A stretch of 64,000 nt of DNA from Nostoc sp. DedSLP01 (GTDB taxonomy: Bacteria > Cyanobacteriota > Cyanobacteriia > Cyanobacteriales > Nostocaceae), in assembly GCA_034530875.2 (NCBI GenBank), contig JAVRCJ020000019.1, positions 104,410 through 168,409 of the forward strand. The letters are read 5' to 3'. Positions 48,912-59,822 of the stretch are shown piece after piece. Position numbers and translations under genes: made by a program. Below the pieces are notes generated by a model. That model was given only the letters and a program-made list of their open reading frames with translations, did no database searches and was not told the origin of the DNA. How positions within the stretch are numbered: position 1 is the first letter of the stretch; each line of letters starts with the position of its first letter.

Positions 48912-50150
48912 CTAACCCTGACCCACCCCTCCCACAGCATCGATCGCTGCCTTCAATGCGATCGCCACATGAGTCCAATGAGTCCCCCCCTGGCAATAAA
49001 CCACATACGGTTCCCTTAAAGGCCCGTCTGCCGACAATTCCAAAGTACTCCCCTCAATAAACGTCCCCCCAGCCATCACCACCTCGCTCTCATACCCCGG
49101 AATTTCATCTGGAATGGGGTCTAAGTAGGAACCGATAGGAGAATACTGTTGTATGGCTTTACAGAAAGCAATTAACTTTTTGGCAGAACCCAGTTTAATT
49201 GCCTGAATCACATCTCCACGCGGCGCTAACGGCGGCGGATTCACCGGGTAACCGAGTTTATCAAATACATAACCAGTTAAGTATGTTCCTTTCATCGCCT
49301 CCCCCACCATCTGCGGTGCGAGAAATAGCCCTTGAAACAACAAACGATTTTGGTCAAAAGTAGCACCGCCATAACTACCAATACCGGGAGCAGTCAGGCG
49401 ACAAGCGGCGGCTTCCACCAAGTCGGCGCGACCGGCGACATAACCACCAGCAACGACAATTGTGCCACCAGGATTTTTAATCAACGACCCCGCCATTAAA
49501 TCGGCACCTACGGCTGTGGGTTCCTTGGTTTCGATAAATTCGCCGTAACAGTTATCTACAAAACAAATTGTGTTGGGGTTTTGCTGTTTAACTATATGGA
49601 TGATTTTTTCAATATCAGCAATTGATAAACTCGGTCGCCAAGAATAGCCACAAGAGCGCTGAATTGTGATTAAACGAGTTTTGTCAAGCACTGCATGGCT
49701 TAAAGCTTCCCAATCCACCCCTCCTTCTGGGGTTAGCTCCAATTGGCGGTATTTTATGCCAAACTCAATAAGGGAACCTTGACCGTGACCCCGCAAACCA
49801 ATCACTTCTTCAAGTGTATCGTAGGGAGAACCAACTACTGATAACATCTCATCTCCAGGACGGAGTACCCCAAACAAAGCGCAAGCGATCGCATGAGTTC
49901 CCGAAACAAACTGCACTCGCACTGCTGCTGCTTCGGAACCCATAACTTCGGCAAAAACTTTATCTAAAGTTTCTCGCCCTAAATCATCGTGCCCATAACC
50001 GCTGACACCAGCAAAATGGTGTGCGCCGACACGGTGATTGCGAAAGGCATCCAGCACTCGTTTGAGATTATGCTTGACCTGAGCGTCAATTTTAGAAAAA
50101 ATTTCTAACAGTGCGTGTTCTGCTTGCCGCAGCTGTTCAAAGCTGTTCAT
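48912..50150 (-). CDS. PLP-dependent methionine gamma-lyase-like / aluminium resistance (YnbB) family protein
   Basis: GYGHDDLGRE, FVSGTHAI, PYDTLEEVIG, VDNCYGEF, GSLIKNPGG, MAGGTF. Start set at ATG 50150. Confidence 0.88.
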   Translation of the reverse strand: MNSFEQLRQAEHALLEIFSKIDAQVKHNLKRVLDAFRNHRVGAHHFAGVSGYGHDDLGRETLDKVFAEVMGSEAAAVRVQFVSGTHAIACALFGVLRPGDEMLSVVGSPYDTLEEVIGLRGHGQGSLIEFGIKYRQLELTPEGGVDWEALSHAVLDKTRLITIQRSCGYSWRPSLSIADIEKIIHIVKQQNPNTICFVDNCYGEFIETKEPTAVGADLMAGSLIKNPGGTIVVAGGYVAGRADLVEAAACRLTAPGIGSYGGATFDQNRLLFQGLFLAPQMVGEAMKGTYLTGYVFDKLGYPVNPPPLAPRGDVIQAIKLGSAKKLIAFCKAIQQYSPIGSYLDPIPDEIPGYESEVVMAGGTFIEGSTLELSADGPLREPYVVYCQGGTHWTHVAIALKAAIDAVGGVGQG

Positions 50151-50236
50151 TAGTTCCTCGTTCACAAAAAAATTATAAATATGCGGATTTTCAGATCGCG
50201 CAGATTCGGCCGAACAATTCCAATTCAGGTTACTGC

Positions 50237-51055
50237 ATGACAATTGCTACTTCAACTAAACCTCAAATCAACTGGGTTAATACCCTGTTTTTCATTGGTC
50301 TGCACATCGGTGCGCTGTTTGCCTTTGTTCCTGGTAACTTTAGCTGGACGGCAGTTGGCGTGGGTTTGTTGCTCTACTGGGTGAGTGGTGGTTTAGGCAT
50401 TACTCTGGGATTTCACCGCCTTGTTACCCACCGCAGTTTTCAAACTCCCAAGTGGCTAGAGTATATCCTGGTTTTCTTCGGGACACTTGCCTGTCAAGGA
50501 GGCCCAATTGAGTGGGTAGGTACACATCGTATCCATCATTTGCACTCAGATACTGAGGCAGATCCCCATGATTCCAATAAAGGCTTCTGGTGGAGCCACA
50601 TGGGTTGGCTGATTCATTTTTGTCCCTCTCACGATCAAGTTCCTCGTTTCACCAAAGACATAGCCGAAGACCCAGTTTATCAGTTTTTAGAAAAATATTT
50701 CATTTTGCTCCAGGTTGCTCTGGGCGTATTGCTTTTACTTCTGGGTGGCTGGCCGTTTGTTATTTGGGGAATTTTTGTTCGTATTGTCTGGGTTTACCAC
50801 TGCACTTGGTTGGTAAACAGCGCTACTCATAAATTTGGCTATCAAAGCCATGATTCTGGCGATCGCTCAACTAACTGCTGGTGGGTAGCCGTACTAGTTT
50901 TCGGTGAAGGCTGGCACAATAATCACCATGCTTTTCAATATTCAGCTCGTCACGGGCTGGAATGGTGGGAAATCGATTTAACTTGGATGACAATCCAATT
51001 GCTGCAAGCAGTTGGTCTGGCTACCAATGTGAAGTTGGCTCCAACGAAAAGTTAG
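50237..51055 (+). CDS. desC: Delta-9 acyl-lipid desaturase
   Basis: His boxes HRLVTH, HRIHH and HNNHH; GEGWHNNHH. Confidence 0.93.
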   Translation: MTIATSTKPQINWVNTLFFIGLHIGALFAFVPGNFSWTAVGVGLLLYWVSGGLGITLGFHRLVTHRSFQTPKWLEYILVFFGTLACQGGPIEWVGTHRIHHLHSDTEADPHDSNKGFWWSHMGWLIHFCPSHDQVPRFTKDIAEDPVYQFLEKYFILLQVALGVLLLLLGGWPFVIWGIFVRIVWVYHCTWLVNSATHKFGYQSHDSGDRSTNCWWVAVLVFGEGWHNNHHAFQYSARHGLEWWEIDLTWMTIQLLQAVGLATNVKLAPTKS

Positions 51056-51409
51056 TTAGGAGTCAGGAGTTATGAGTTAAAAGTTTGGAGTCTGGAGTTA
51101 CATTTATTGCAAATCAGGCATCCAAATGTTTATGTTGTCGTCGATTTTTCTCAAACCCTAATTTTGAGAAGCACAAATCCTTACGGCACGAGGAGTGTTT
51201 CTAATTCACCTCAACCGTGAGTTAAGAATCTAAATTCCTAACTCATAACTCCTAACTCCTCACTTCTAACTGCTAACTTTTGAAAAAGTTATTTACGGGT
51301 GCGCTTGTATAGGTTAGGTTGCTATAATCCGAGACGCTAATATTAAGCAACTTTACGGCAAGTTATTTTTGATGACTTGGTGGAGGAGTTTGTTGTATTT
51401 CAGGTGTTC

Positions 51410-52462
51410 ATGACTACATCAATAATTAAGACCGAGAAACTAAGTGACGAGTCTGCTAATTCTAACTTCAGGCTCAAAGATATTGTCAAAACCCTGCCAC
51501 GGGAATGTTTTCAGCAAAGCCGCCGCAAGGCTTGGACGCAAGTAATACTTAGTGTCTTGGCAGTTGCTTTGGGCTACTACAGCTTAGCGATCGCTCCTTG
51601 GTTTCTTTTACCCCTAGCTTGGGTTTTTACGGGTACTGCTTTAACAGGTTTTTTTGTTATCGGCCATGATTGCGGTCACAGATCGTTTGCCAAACGTCGT
51701 TGGGTAAATGATGTGGTGGGTCACTTTTTTATGGCGCCGTTAATTTATCCGTTTCACAGTTGGCGGATTAAGCATAATTATCACCACACTCATACCAACA
51801 AATTGGATGAGGACAATGCTTGGCATCCAATCAGACCAGAAGTGTTTGAAAGTTGGGATCAAACCCGACAGTCTGCCTTTGAGTTGTTCATTCGCAGACG
51901 CTTTTGGTGGGTAGGTTCCATCGGACATTGGGCAGTAGTGCATTTTGATTGGCGGAATTTCAAAACTAAAGACCAATCCAGCATCAAGCTTTCTGTAGCT
52001 GTAGTAGTATTATTTGCTGCGATCGCTTTTCCAGCCCTGATCGCCACTACAGGTATCTGGGGATTTGTCAAGTTTTGGCTAGTGCCCTGGTTGGTGTACC
52101 ACTTTTGGATGAGTACTTTTACCATCGTTCACCATACTGCTTCAGATGTTCCTTTTGTCGCAGCAAACAAGTGGAACGAAGCTCTAGCTCAGTTATTTGG
52201 CACTGTTCATTGCGATTATCCTCGCTGGGTAGAAATCCTCTGCCACGACATCAATGTTCATGTCCCTCATCATATTTCCACCGCTATTCCTTCTTATAAT
52301 TTGCGGCTAGCTTACAGCAGCATCAAGGAAAACTGGGGGCCTTACCTGCATGATGAATGTCAGTTCTCTTGGTCTTTAATGAAGCAAATTACAGACCAAT
52401 GTCAACTGTACAAAACTGATGTGGGCTATCAAACTTTTAACGAATATTACGCAGAACGATAA
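51410..52462 (+). CDS. desA: Delta-12 acyl-lipid desaturase
   Basis: [25 protein letters not shown]. Confidence 0.93.
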   Translation: MTTSIIKTEKLSDESANSNFRLKDIVKTLPRECFQQSRRKAWTQVILSVLAVALGYYSLAIAPWFLLPLAWVFTGTALTGFFVIGHDCGHRSFAKRRWVNDVVGHFFMAPLIYPFHSWRIKHNYHHTHTNKLDEDNAWHPIRPEVFESWDQTRQSAFELFIRRRFWWVGSIGHWAVVHFDWRNFKTKDQSSIKLSVAVVVLFAAIAFPALIATTGIWGFVKFWLVPWLVYHFWMSTFTIVHHTASDVPFVAANKWNEALAQLFGTVHCDYPRWVEILCHDINVHVPHHISTAIPSYNLRLAYSSIKENWGPYLHDECQFSWSLMKQITDQCQLYKTDVGYQTFNEYYAER

Positions 52463-52772
52463 ACCCGTTGGATTATCAGCTTTCCTCACGCTCTTGAACT
52501 TAACGAGAGCGTTTATCTTGTCCTGCCTTTAAATAAAATCTGACAATTCTTGACTAGCTAAATATTGTTAGCTAAATTCTCAGAAAATTGACTCTTGGAT
52601 GTTAGGAGAGTTAGTCTCCTGGGCATACTAGTCAAGTAAAAAATCAAAAGTAAAAACAAGCCTCGACTTCATCTTACTTTTACTTTTTTGCTTTTGACTT
52701 TTGCCTTGTGGGGTAAGATTATCTTGCCTCAAATAAAGTTCCGATTTATCTTCAACATAAAGAATCCAGCCA

Positions 52773-53840
52773 GTGCAATCAAATATAATCACGCTCAACG
52801 AGCCTCAGAACCATGAATTATCTGGGGAGACTACCAAACTGCCTTTTACTCTTCAGGATTTAAAAGCTGCGATCCCCGCTGAATGCTTTCAGCCCAATGT
52901 GACAAAATCACTTTTTTACTTTTTTCGCGATATCCTGATTATTAGTCTGCTTTACGCAGTTGCTTATTACCTGGATTCTTGGTTTTTCTTTCCAATTTTT
53001 TGGTTAATGCAAGGAACAATGTTTTGGGCTTTGTTTGTAGTCGGACATGACTGCGGACACCAATCTTTTTCTAAGCATAAATGGCTAAATGATTTGATTG
53101 GACATCTTTCTCACACACCAATACTTGTTCCTTATCATGGTTGGCGAATCAGCCATAGAACTCATCACAAAAATACCGGCCATCTCGATAATGATGAAAG
53201 CTGGTATCCTATAAACGAATCGGACTATAAGCAAATGCCCCTAGAGCAAAAGATAGTCCGATATTATGCTTTTCTATTGGCTTATCCTTTGTACTTATTT
53301 AAGCGTTCTCCCAATAAAAAAGGCTCTCACTTTTTACCCAGCAGTCCGCTGTTTAAACCATCAGAAAAATGGGATGTCATCACTAGTACCGTTCTTTGCA
53401 TTGGGATGGTGGGTTTGCTTGGCTATCTTACCTATCTATGGGGTTGGATGTGGTTGCTGAAGTATTACGCCGCACCTTACATTGTGTTCGTAATTTGGCT
53501 TGATTTAGTGACATTCTTGCACCACACTGAACCCGATATTCCCTGGTATCGTGGAGAAGAATGGACTTTTTTAAAAGGTGCAATCTCCAGTATTGACCGC
53601 GATTATGGTTTGATTAATCATATCCACCATGATATTGGCACTCATGTTGCTCACCATATATTCCTTAACATTCCCCACTACAATTTACTGAAGGCGACTG
53701 AGGCGATAAAACCAGTGATGGGTGAGTATTTCCGCAAATCGGACGAACCAATTTGGAAATCATTATGGAATTCTTGGGCGAACTGTCGTTTTGTACCCGA
53801 TACTGGAAGTAAGGTTTACTACACATCAAACAACAAGTGA
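52773..53840 (+). CDS. desB: Omega-3 (delta-15) acyl-lipid desaturase
   Basis: PFTLQDLKAAIP, HDCGH, HRTHH, HHDIGTHVAHH. Confidence 0.93.
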   Translation: MQSNIITLNEPQNHELSGETTKLPFTLQDLKAAIPAECFQPNVTKSLFYFFRDILIISLLYAVAYYLDSWFFFPIFWLMQGTMFWALFVVGHDCGHQSFSKHKWLNDLIGHLSHTPILVPYHGWRISHRTHHKNTGHLDNDESWYPINESDYKQMPLEQKIVRYYAFLLAYPLYLFKRSPNKKGSHFLPSSPLFKPSEKWDVITSTVLCIGMVGLLGYLTYLWGWMWLLKYYAAPYIVFVIWLDLVTFLHHTEPDIPWYRGEEWTFLKGAISSIDRDYGLINHIHHDIGTHVAHHIFLNIPHYNLLKATEAIKPVMGEYFRKSDEPIWKSLWNSWANCRFVPDTGSKVYYTSNNK

Positions 53841-54477
53841 GCTAAACCCTAAGCTTGATTGAGATTTGTGATTTCTTTAAGAAGTCGCAAATCTTCTATT
53901 TTAGATTGTCAGTTACCATTCGTTTCTTAGTAGTAACGACTGATAACTTTTTGGTAAAGATAAATTTTTATATAACTTACATTAATGATTAGGTAAATAA
54001 CTTAATATAACTTCTATTTTGAAATTTAAAGGCGATCGCACATTACATTATTATTGCTGTAAACTTTGTTAAAATCTGAGCGTTATAACTTGGAGTAAAT
54101 GTCATTGAACCAACATTCAAAAACTTTTCTGGCTGTCAGGTCATTAAAATCCAGAGGTAAAATAAAGATAAAGCGATGGCATCCAAGCAACCTTGATTTA
54201 AGTTTCTACCCGTAGACAAAAATCTATTTCTTTCAACTGTTGCAGTTGCAGTGGATAAGGACTACCATAATCTGCGATCGGAGGTATATCTTGTTAAATC
54301 AATCCTAAGACTAGTAAAGATTTTTGCTCAAAGCACCTTCAACTCATTCCGAATGAGTTAAGTTTATTTGCATATAGCCACTTCAGTTAATTTACTGCTA
54401 GGGTTATAAATCAGCAGAGACTATACTATAGACAATTTAGCTAAAATCCTTTTCAGATTTTAAATTCAGAGGTATCA

Positions 54478-55185
54478 ATGATTATAACTAATTTTAGCAA
54501 ACAAAGAAATGAATTAAATGAACCTAAAGTTGAATCTAAAGTACTTAAAGCTAAACCACATTGGCAAGGTCAAAACTTGAGCGATACTGCTCTCAAAGGT
54601 AAAGAAACCAAGATGCGAGATACTGCAGCTGATAGTTCTATTTTGAATACCTTGAATCGCGGTCGAGTTGCTATTTTTATTGATGGCTTAAGCCTATTTC
54701 ACACAGCTTTACAACTCGGCATAGAAATTGACTACGTTAAATTGCTTTGTCATTTAACCAACGGTTCGAGACTGTTACGTGCTTTCTTCTACACTGGAGT
54801 TGATATCGCAAATGAGAAGCAACAGGGTTTTCTGTTGTGGATGCGTCGTAACGGCTATCGTGTAGTAGCAAAAGATCTCCTTGTGTCAGCAGATAATTTT
54901 AAAAAATCAAATCTGAACGTAGAAATTGCTGTAGACATGATCACTCTGGCTCCTTACTATGATACTGCTGTATTAGTCAGCGGCGATGGAGATTTAGCTT
55001 ATGCTGTTAACGCTGTCAGTAGATTGGGAGTTAGAGTAGAAGTTGTGAGTTTACAAACTACGACTAGCGAAAGCTTAATTGATGTTGCTGACTGCTTTAT
55101 TGACCTAGATAGCATTAAAGCACACATTCAAAAAGACTCTAATCTTGGCTATAGCTACCGAACCCCGACAAATTCAAATCTCTAA
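54478..55185 (+). CDS. NYN domain (LabA/DUF88) protein
   Basis: VAIFIDG, LLRAFFY, EIAVDM, LVSGDGDLAY, LIDVADCF. Confidence 0.85.
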   Translation: MIITNFSKQRNELNEPKVESKVLKAKPHWQGQNLSDTALKGKETKMRDTAADSSILNTLNRGRVAIFIDGLSLFHTALQLGIEIDYVKLLCHLTNGSRLLRAFFYTGVDIANEKQQGFLLWMRRNGYRVVAKDLLVSADNFKKSNLNVEIAVDMITLAPYYDTAVLVSGDGDLAYAVNAVSRLGVRVEVVSLQTTTSESLIDVADCFIDLDSIKAHIQKDSNLGYSYRTPTNSNL

Positions 55186-55374
55186 TACGGTGAGTAGGGA
55201 GTGGGGAGTGGGGAATGATGAAGATAAAAGGGATGAGTAGAGAGTTAGAACTTGAAGCATTAGGCTTGAATAATCATTCATCCATCTATAATACTCATTT
55301 ATCTTTCTCATTTCCCCTACTCCCAACTCCCCATTCCCCACTCCCTAGATCTTTTTAAATCTGCGTACTTGAGG

Positions 55375-56085
55375 ATGGATATTTTAATAGTTGAAGATGA
55401 AGCAGAAATTGCTCATTTAATCCAACTCTCTTTAGAAAAAGAAGGATTTTTTTGCCGTATTAGTCGTGATGGCATAAATGCTTTACGGATGTTTCAAGAC
55501 CAACCACCCGATTTAATCATTCTAGATTTAATGATTCCTGGTTTGGATGGGCTGGAAGTTTGTGCCAGAATTCGCCAGAAACCGGGGGCAAAAGATCCTT
55601 ATATATTGATGCTCACAGCTAAAGGCGAGGAAATCGATCGCGTGATTGGTTTATCTACTGGTGCTGATGATTACATGGTGAAGCCCTTTAGCCCCAGAGA
55701 GTTGGTAGCTAGGGTACGGGCGCTATTGCGGCGCAGTCTCCGCCAAGGGGGACAACATCAAGTCAATCGTACCCAACACTTTATAGTAGATGTAGATCAA
55801 CGCACTGCTAGTCGGCAGATGAATTCCCAAGAAGCTGAAACTCTGGACTTAACTACCTTAGAATTTAATTTGCTAAGTACCTTTGTCAGCAATCCCGGTC
55901 GAGTTTGGAACCGCACGCAACTAATAGATAAACTTTGGGGAGATAACTTTTTTGGCGATGAACGGGTAGTGGATACTCATGTAGCTAGGTTACGAAAAAA
56001 GATTGAGCCTGACCCGGCAAATCCGACTTTTATTAAAACTGTTGTTGGGGTTGGCTATAAATTTGAAGACTCGGCGATCGCGTAA
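55375..56085 (+). CDS. OmpR-family response regulator
   Basis: ILIVEDE, LDLMIP, DDYMVKPF; winged HTH VVDTHVARLRKK...TVVGVGY. Confidence 0.93.
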   Translation: MDILIVEDEAEIAHLIQLSLEKEGFFCRISRDGINALRMFQDQPPDLIILDLMIPGLDGLEVCARIRQKPGAKDPYILMLTAKGEEIDRVIGLSTGADDYMVKPFSPRELVARVRALLRRSLRQGGQHQVNRTQHFIVDVDQRTASRQMNSQEAETLDLTTLEFNLLSTFVSNPGRVWNRTQLIDKLWGDNFFGDERVVDTHVARLRKKIEPDPANPTFIKTVVGVGYKFEDSAIA

Positions 56086-56090
56086 ATATT

Positions 56091-57179
56091 ATGAAAATGG
56101 GGCTGAGAGGACGACTATTTTTTTCTCACTTGGTAGTAATGATAGTGGGAGTATCTAGTCTAGTTATTATCAGCAAAGTTTCCTCCCCCCGATTCTTTGT
56201 CTTGCATTTGGAACGGCTAGAAAATCAGGGATTCGATTTAATCGATATTCGTACTGAATTGGTGACAGGATTTGAAATTGCTTGGCAGCGAAGCACTATT
56301 TGGTCAGTTTTTGTCGGTAGTACGGCCGCTGGAGGATTGAGTTACTGGGTTTCCAGAAGAATTATGCAGCGGTTGACCGAGATGGAACAAATCACCCAAA
56401 AATTTGCTGCCGGTCAGATGGATGCACGGTTACCAGCGTATGACATTCCAGAACTTAATAGATTAGGTGCTAGTTTCAACAGGATGGCAGCCAGTTTAGA
56501 AGGGGTGGAAGCGCGGCGACGAGAAGTGATTGGAGACATGACCCACGAACTACGGACGCCGTTAACAGTTGTCCGCGGTTATTTAGAAGAATTGGCTGAT
56601 GGAGAAATTGAAGCGTCTCCGGAAATTTATCGGCGTTTGGCGAAAGAAACTAGGCGTCTAGAACGGCTAGTGAACGATTTACAAGAACTGTCGAAAGCAG
56701 AAGCTGGTTATCTGCCAATTAATATACAACGGGTAAATCTGCGTCCGTTATTGGAGTCATTAGTCGAAAAATTTACCGACCAGTTGTTGGAAGACGGGCC
56801 AGTTCTGCATTTGGAATGTCCGGCTGTGTTGCCTCCTGTGTTGGCAGATATCGATCGCACAGAACAGGTTTTAGTTAATCTGCTTGGTAATGCAGTGCGT
56901 TATACCAAGGAAGGCTCAATTACTATTCGTGCTGAAATTGAAGCATCTAAACTCTGGATTGCAGTTATAGATACAGGTATCGGCATTGCCCCAGAAAATT
57001 TGCCCCACGTGTTTGAGCGCTTCTGGCGAGCTGACCAATCACGCGATCGCCATTCTGGAGGCACTGGTATTGGCTTAACGATTTCTCACCGTTTGATTGA
57101 ACTACAAGGCGGTGAAATTCAGGTAGAAAGTAAATTGGGTATTGGCAGTACGTTTCGTTTTTTTCTGCCTTTGGCTTGA
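56091..57179 (+). CDS. HAMP-domain sensor histidine kinase
   Basis: Two TM segments, HAMP, HELRTPL, NLLGNA, DTGIGI, GGTGIGL. Confidence 0.93.
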   Translation: MKMGLRGRLFFSHLVVMIVGVSSLVIISKVSSPRFFVLHLERLENQGFDLIDIRTELVTGFEIAWQRSTIWSVFVGSTAAGGLSYWVSRRIMQRLTEMEQITQKFAAGQMDARLPAYDIPELNRLGASFNRMAASLEGVEARRREVIGDMTHELRTPLTVVRGYLEELADGEIEASPEIYRRLAKETRRLERLVNDLQELSKAEAGYLPINIQRVNLRPLLESLVEKFTDQLLEDGPVLHLECPAVLPPVLADIDRTEQVLVNLLGNAVRYTKEGSITIRAEIEASKLWIAVIDTGIGIAPENLPHVFERFWRADQSRDRHSGGTGIGLTISHRLIELQGGEIQVESKLGIGSTFRFFLPLA

Positions 57180-57656
57180 GCTGAAATATTGGAAATACAA
57201 GAAATTGACATCAGGTAGTCATGCCTGTGTCATACCCAGTTGCTAGTGTGAAAGTAGCCAAAATCTTGATTTTTTGGTATGTATTAAGATTCACAATTTG
57301 TATATAATTTAACCTTAATTCAGTATTTTTGATTATATGCCTAACTTTGTGCTGGCTGCTTTCTTGGTTAGTTTACTTACCGTCTTCGGTTACGCTGCCA
57401 TCGCCTACTTGTTCCCTCAAAACCATTCTCAAGACTGAGTAACTAGCAATATCTTGGTATTTGGGCTTGTGCTAAGAAAAAATATGAGCGATCGCCAGAT
57501 ATTTTTTTAGACTATTTTGAGGAATTAATTGTATTAAAATTTACCCTTGATTGCAGAATTAAGAGTAGGTAAAAGTCTGACTGACTCTTGAGAAAAGTAT
57601 GTTATAACATTGTACGGATAATGTTTGGTGAATCTCATACAACTCCAGGAGCAGAC

Positions 57657-57941
57657 ATGGAGCAGATAAAATTAAGTTTAACTATTCCTTACTTAATAAT
57701 GACATGCTATTTTTTAACTAATTGGTTCGTATTTTCCCTACATCATCCAACTTCTGCCCCAGAAGATAAATTTTTGTCATTTGTGATGTTTTTAGTCACA
57801 ACTATTTTGTGGCCTTTAATGATTCTCATCTCTTGTTTAGAAATGTTGAAAAATCAAAAAATAGAGATGAGTAAACTAATTCCTATTATTTTAACAATAT
57901 TTACATTTAGTATTTCTTATTATCTGACTTATATTTATTAA
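57657..57941 (+). CDS. Small membrane hypothetical protein
   Basis: AGGAG SD before ATG 57657; three hydrophobic segments including PEDKFLSF..TTILWPL. Confidence 0.6.
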   Translation: MEQIKLSLTIPYLIMTCYFLTNWFVFSLHHPTSAPEDKFLSFVMFLVTTILWPLMILISCLEMLKNQKIEMSKLIPIILTIFTFSISYYLTYIY

Positions 57942-58023
57942 AATATATTTTACCTAATTTTATATATTCAATAAAACTAAAAAGGCAAAAGTATTTTACT
58001 TTTGCCTTTTTATTATCTATTAT

Positions 58024-58125
58024 TTACAGCTATTTTCAGGTAAATGAACCACATCTTTTTTATCTCACGCAAAGGCGCAGAGAGAAATACAAGAGTGTGG
58101 TCTAAATAGATGAAAACTACTGTAA
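58024..58125. mobile_element. MITE-like element (ttacagc..ttttcaggtaaat TIR family)
   Basis: ttacagctattttcaggtaaatgaaccac ... gtggtctaaatagatgaaaactactgtaa; same ends as 39523-39824. Confidence 0.6.
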
Positions 58126-58162
58126 ATTAGCTCAACGTCAGCACTCAAAACTGCTAAGTATT

Positions 58163-59044
58163 TTAGCGGCGTCTGCTACCAAAACCAGTCGAACGCCGGG
58201 GTGCTGAACTACGCCCGCTACCAAAACTACCACTACTAGGAGCAGTCCTAGTCCTAGTAGAACTGCCAGAACGTCTTAAGACACCCCCGCCAAAACCGGA
58301 ACCTGTTGAACGGCTACCAGTATTTGTACGCGGTGTAGTCTGTACGCTTGAACTACCAGGATATGACCTTCTAATTGTCCCTGTGGTGCGGAAAGTACTA
58401 CGATTTCTCACTGCTGCGGGTGGTTCGTTATAGCGAGTTCGATAGCTTTGAACTGCTTGGTTATAGCTGCTGCCATATCCACCGAAGCCACTTAGCGCTC
58501 CTATTCCTGGTTGATAAACAGGGGGTACATAGTACTGGGGTCTAAACAATAGACTACCAAGCGCTTGACCAGCCACGTTACCAGCCACAGCCGCAGCAAA
58601 CGGTGTCCAAAAACTATTTTCTTGACGAACTACGACCGTTTCTTGTCTGCCTGTTTGGGGATTAGTTTTGTTCTCGGTAACGTTATGGACGTAGGCAATT
58701 TTAAAATCTTCTGTCAGATATAAAACTGGCTGTCCATTTTCTACCTTTAGATAGCTTTTTTTACCCTGCTTAATTTCGTCATCAGTTAGACGTGCCATTT
58801 GTAAATTCTCAGTTACAAAGGTTGGGGGTGTGTTGTTGAGTAAGAACAGGCTGTACTCCCCAGTGGCATCGTCATAAGTAACTTGTTGTATTTGATACTC
58901 ACCGTCGCTTAATTTGGTGTTAGTTGAATTTTGGCTAACGTTCCTAGCTGGAGGGTTAGCTTGCTCTCCACCCCCACAAGCAACAGTTGTTAGGCACAAA
59001 CTCAGTGCTAAAAAAAAGGCTGTAAATTTACGTACTATGGTCAT
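58163..59044 (-). CDS. Conserved lipoprotein with Gly/Arg/Ser-rich C-terminus
   Basis: Signal peptide with lipobox TVAC; tail of SGFG/GSGR repeats. Confidence 0.75.
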   Translation of the reverse strand: MTIVRKFTAFFLALSLCLTTVACGGGEQANPPARNVSQNSTNTKLSDGEYQIQQVTYDDATGEYSLFLLNNTPPTFVTENLQMARLTDDEIKQGKKSYLKVENGQPVLYLTEDFKIAYVHNVTENKTNPQTGRQETVVVRQENSFWTPFAAAVAGNVAGQALGSLLFRPQYYVPPVYQPGIGALSGFGGYGSSYNQAVQSYRTRYNEPPAAVRNRSTFRTTGTIRRSYPGSSSVQTTPRTNTGSRSTGSGFGGGVLRRSGSSTRTRTAPSSGSFGSGRSSAPRRSTGFGSRRR

Positions 59045-59120
59045 GATCGTTGCATGATTATCCTATCTCTGAGCTTAACAATTTCTCGGTGCGAGGAGTA
59101 AGTAGAGACTACCCAACCAA

Positions 59121-59714
59121 TTACAAAGGAATTAATTCTGGATAATGTTGCAACATTTGATCGCTGGTGAGTTCATCGCCTAACTGTGCTGGCGCAAAAT
59201 GCACGTAAATTTCTTGCAATTTACGCTGGTAATGCAAATTGATTAAGGCTTTCAAAGCTTCCTTAAGAGCCTGAACGTTAGAAAGGTCAGTTTCCAAGTT
59301 CGGTACTTCTCCTTCATAGGCTACTGTAATCATCACAATGACGTTGCGAGTTACAGGTACAGATAAAGGTTCATCGTATCCAGAGGCAGAACTGTAATCA
59401 GGCTGACTGAGATATCTTTGAGCAGAGTCAGTAAATAACTCATCTACGTAATCTCCAGCTTCACCTTCGTTCCAAAACACATCGCCTTGATTGGCAGCTG
59501 AAAGCCAATATTCATCATATCGCAGTAGAGTCTCGCAAATTTCTACCAATCCTTCTCCTAAAACTTCTAAGTCGCCATCAGCATCGATCGCTTCCCGAGC
59601 AGCACCATTTAATACTCCTAAAACTGGTGCTACTTCACCTCCACCTAAGTGCAGAAACAGGCGAAAGACTACATAGCGAGTTCGACCTATCATTTTATTA
59701 AAGGTATCGCGCAT
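59121..59714 (-). CDS. DUF1517 family protein
   Basis: RTRYVVFRLFLHL...EGEAGDYVDELFTDSAQRY...VIVMITVA...DELTSDQML.HYPELIPL. Confidence 0.7.
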   Translation of the reverse strand: MRDTFNKMIGRTRYVVFRLFLHLGGGEVAPVLGVLNGAAREAIDADGDLEVLGEGLVEICETLLRYDEYWLSAANQGDVFWNEGEAGDYVDELFTDSAQRYLSQPDYSSASGYDEPLSVPVTRNVIVMITVAYEGEVPNLETDLSNVQALKEALKALINLHYQRKLQEIYVHFAPAQLGDELTSDQMLQHYPELIPL

Positions 59715-59822
59715 TTTTCCCTCCAAAATTTTGTCATTTTTTATTAGTCATTGGTCATTGGTCATTAGTCTCACTCATACTTAATATCCAATGGCCAATG
59801 ACCAATAGTCTAGACTCCATGA

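Noticed and set aside
50237..53840. desC-desA-desB cluster as a novelty
   Set aside because: This arrangement is already known in Anabaena/Nostoc.
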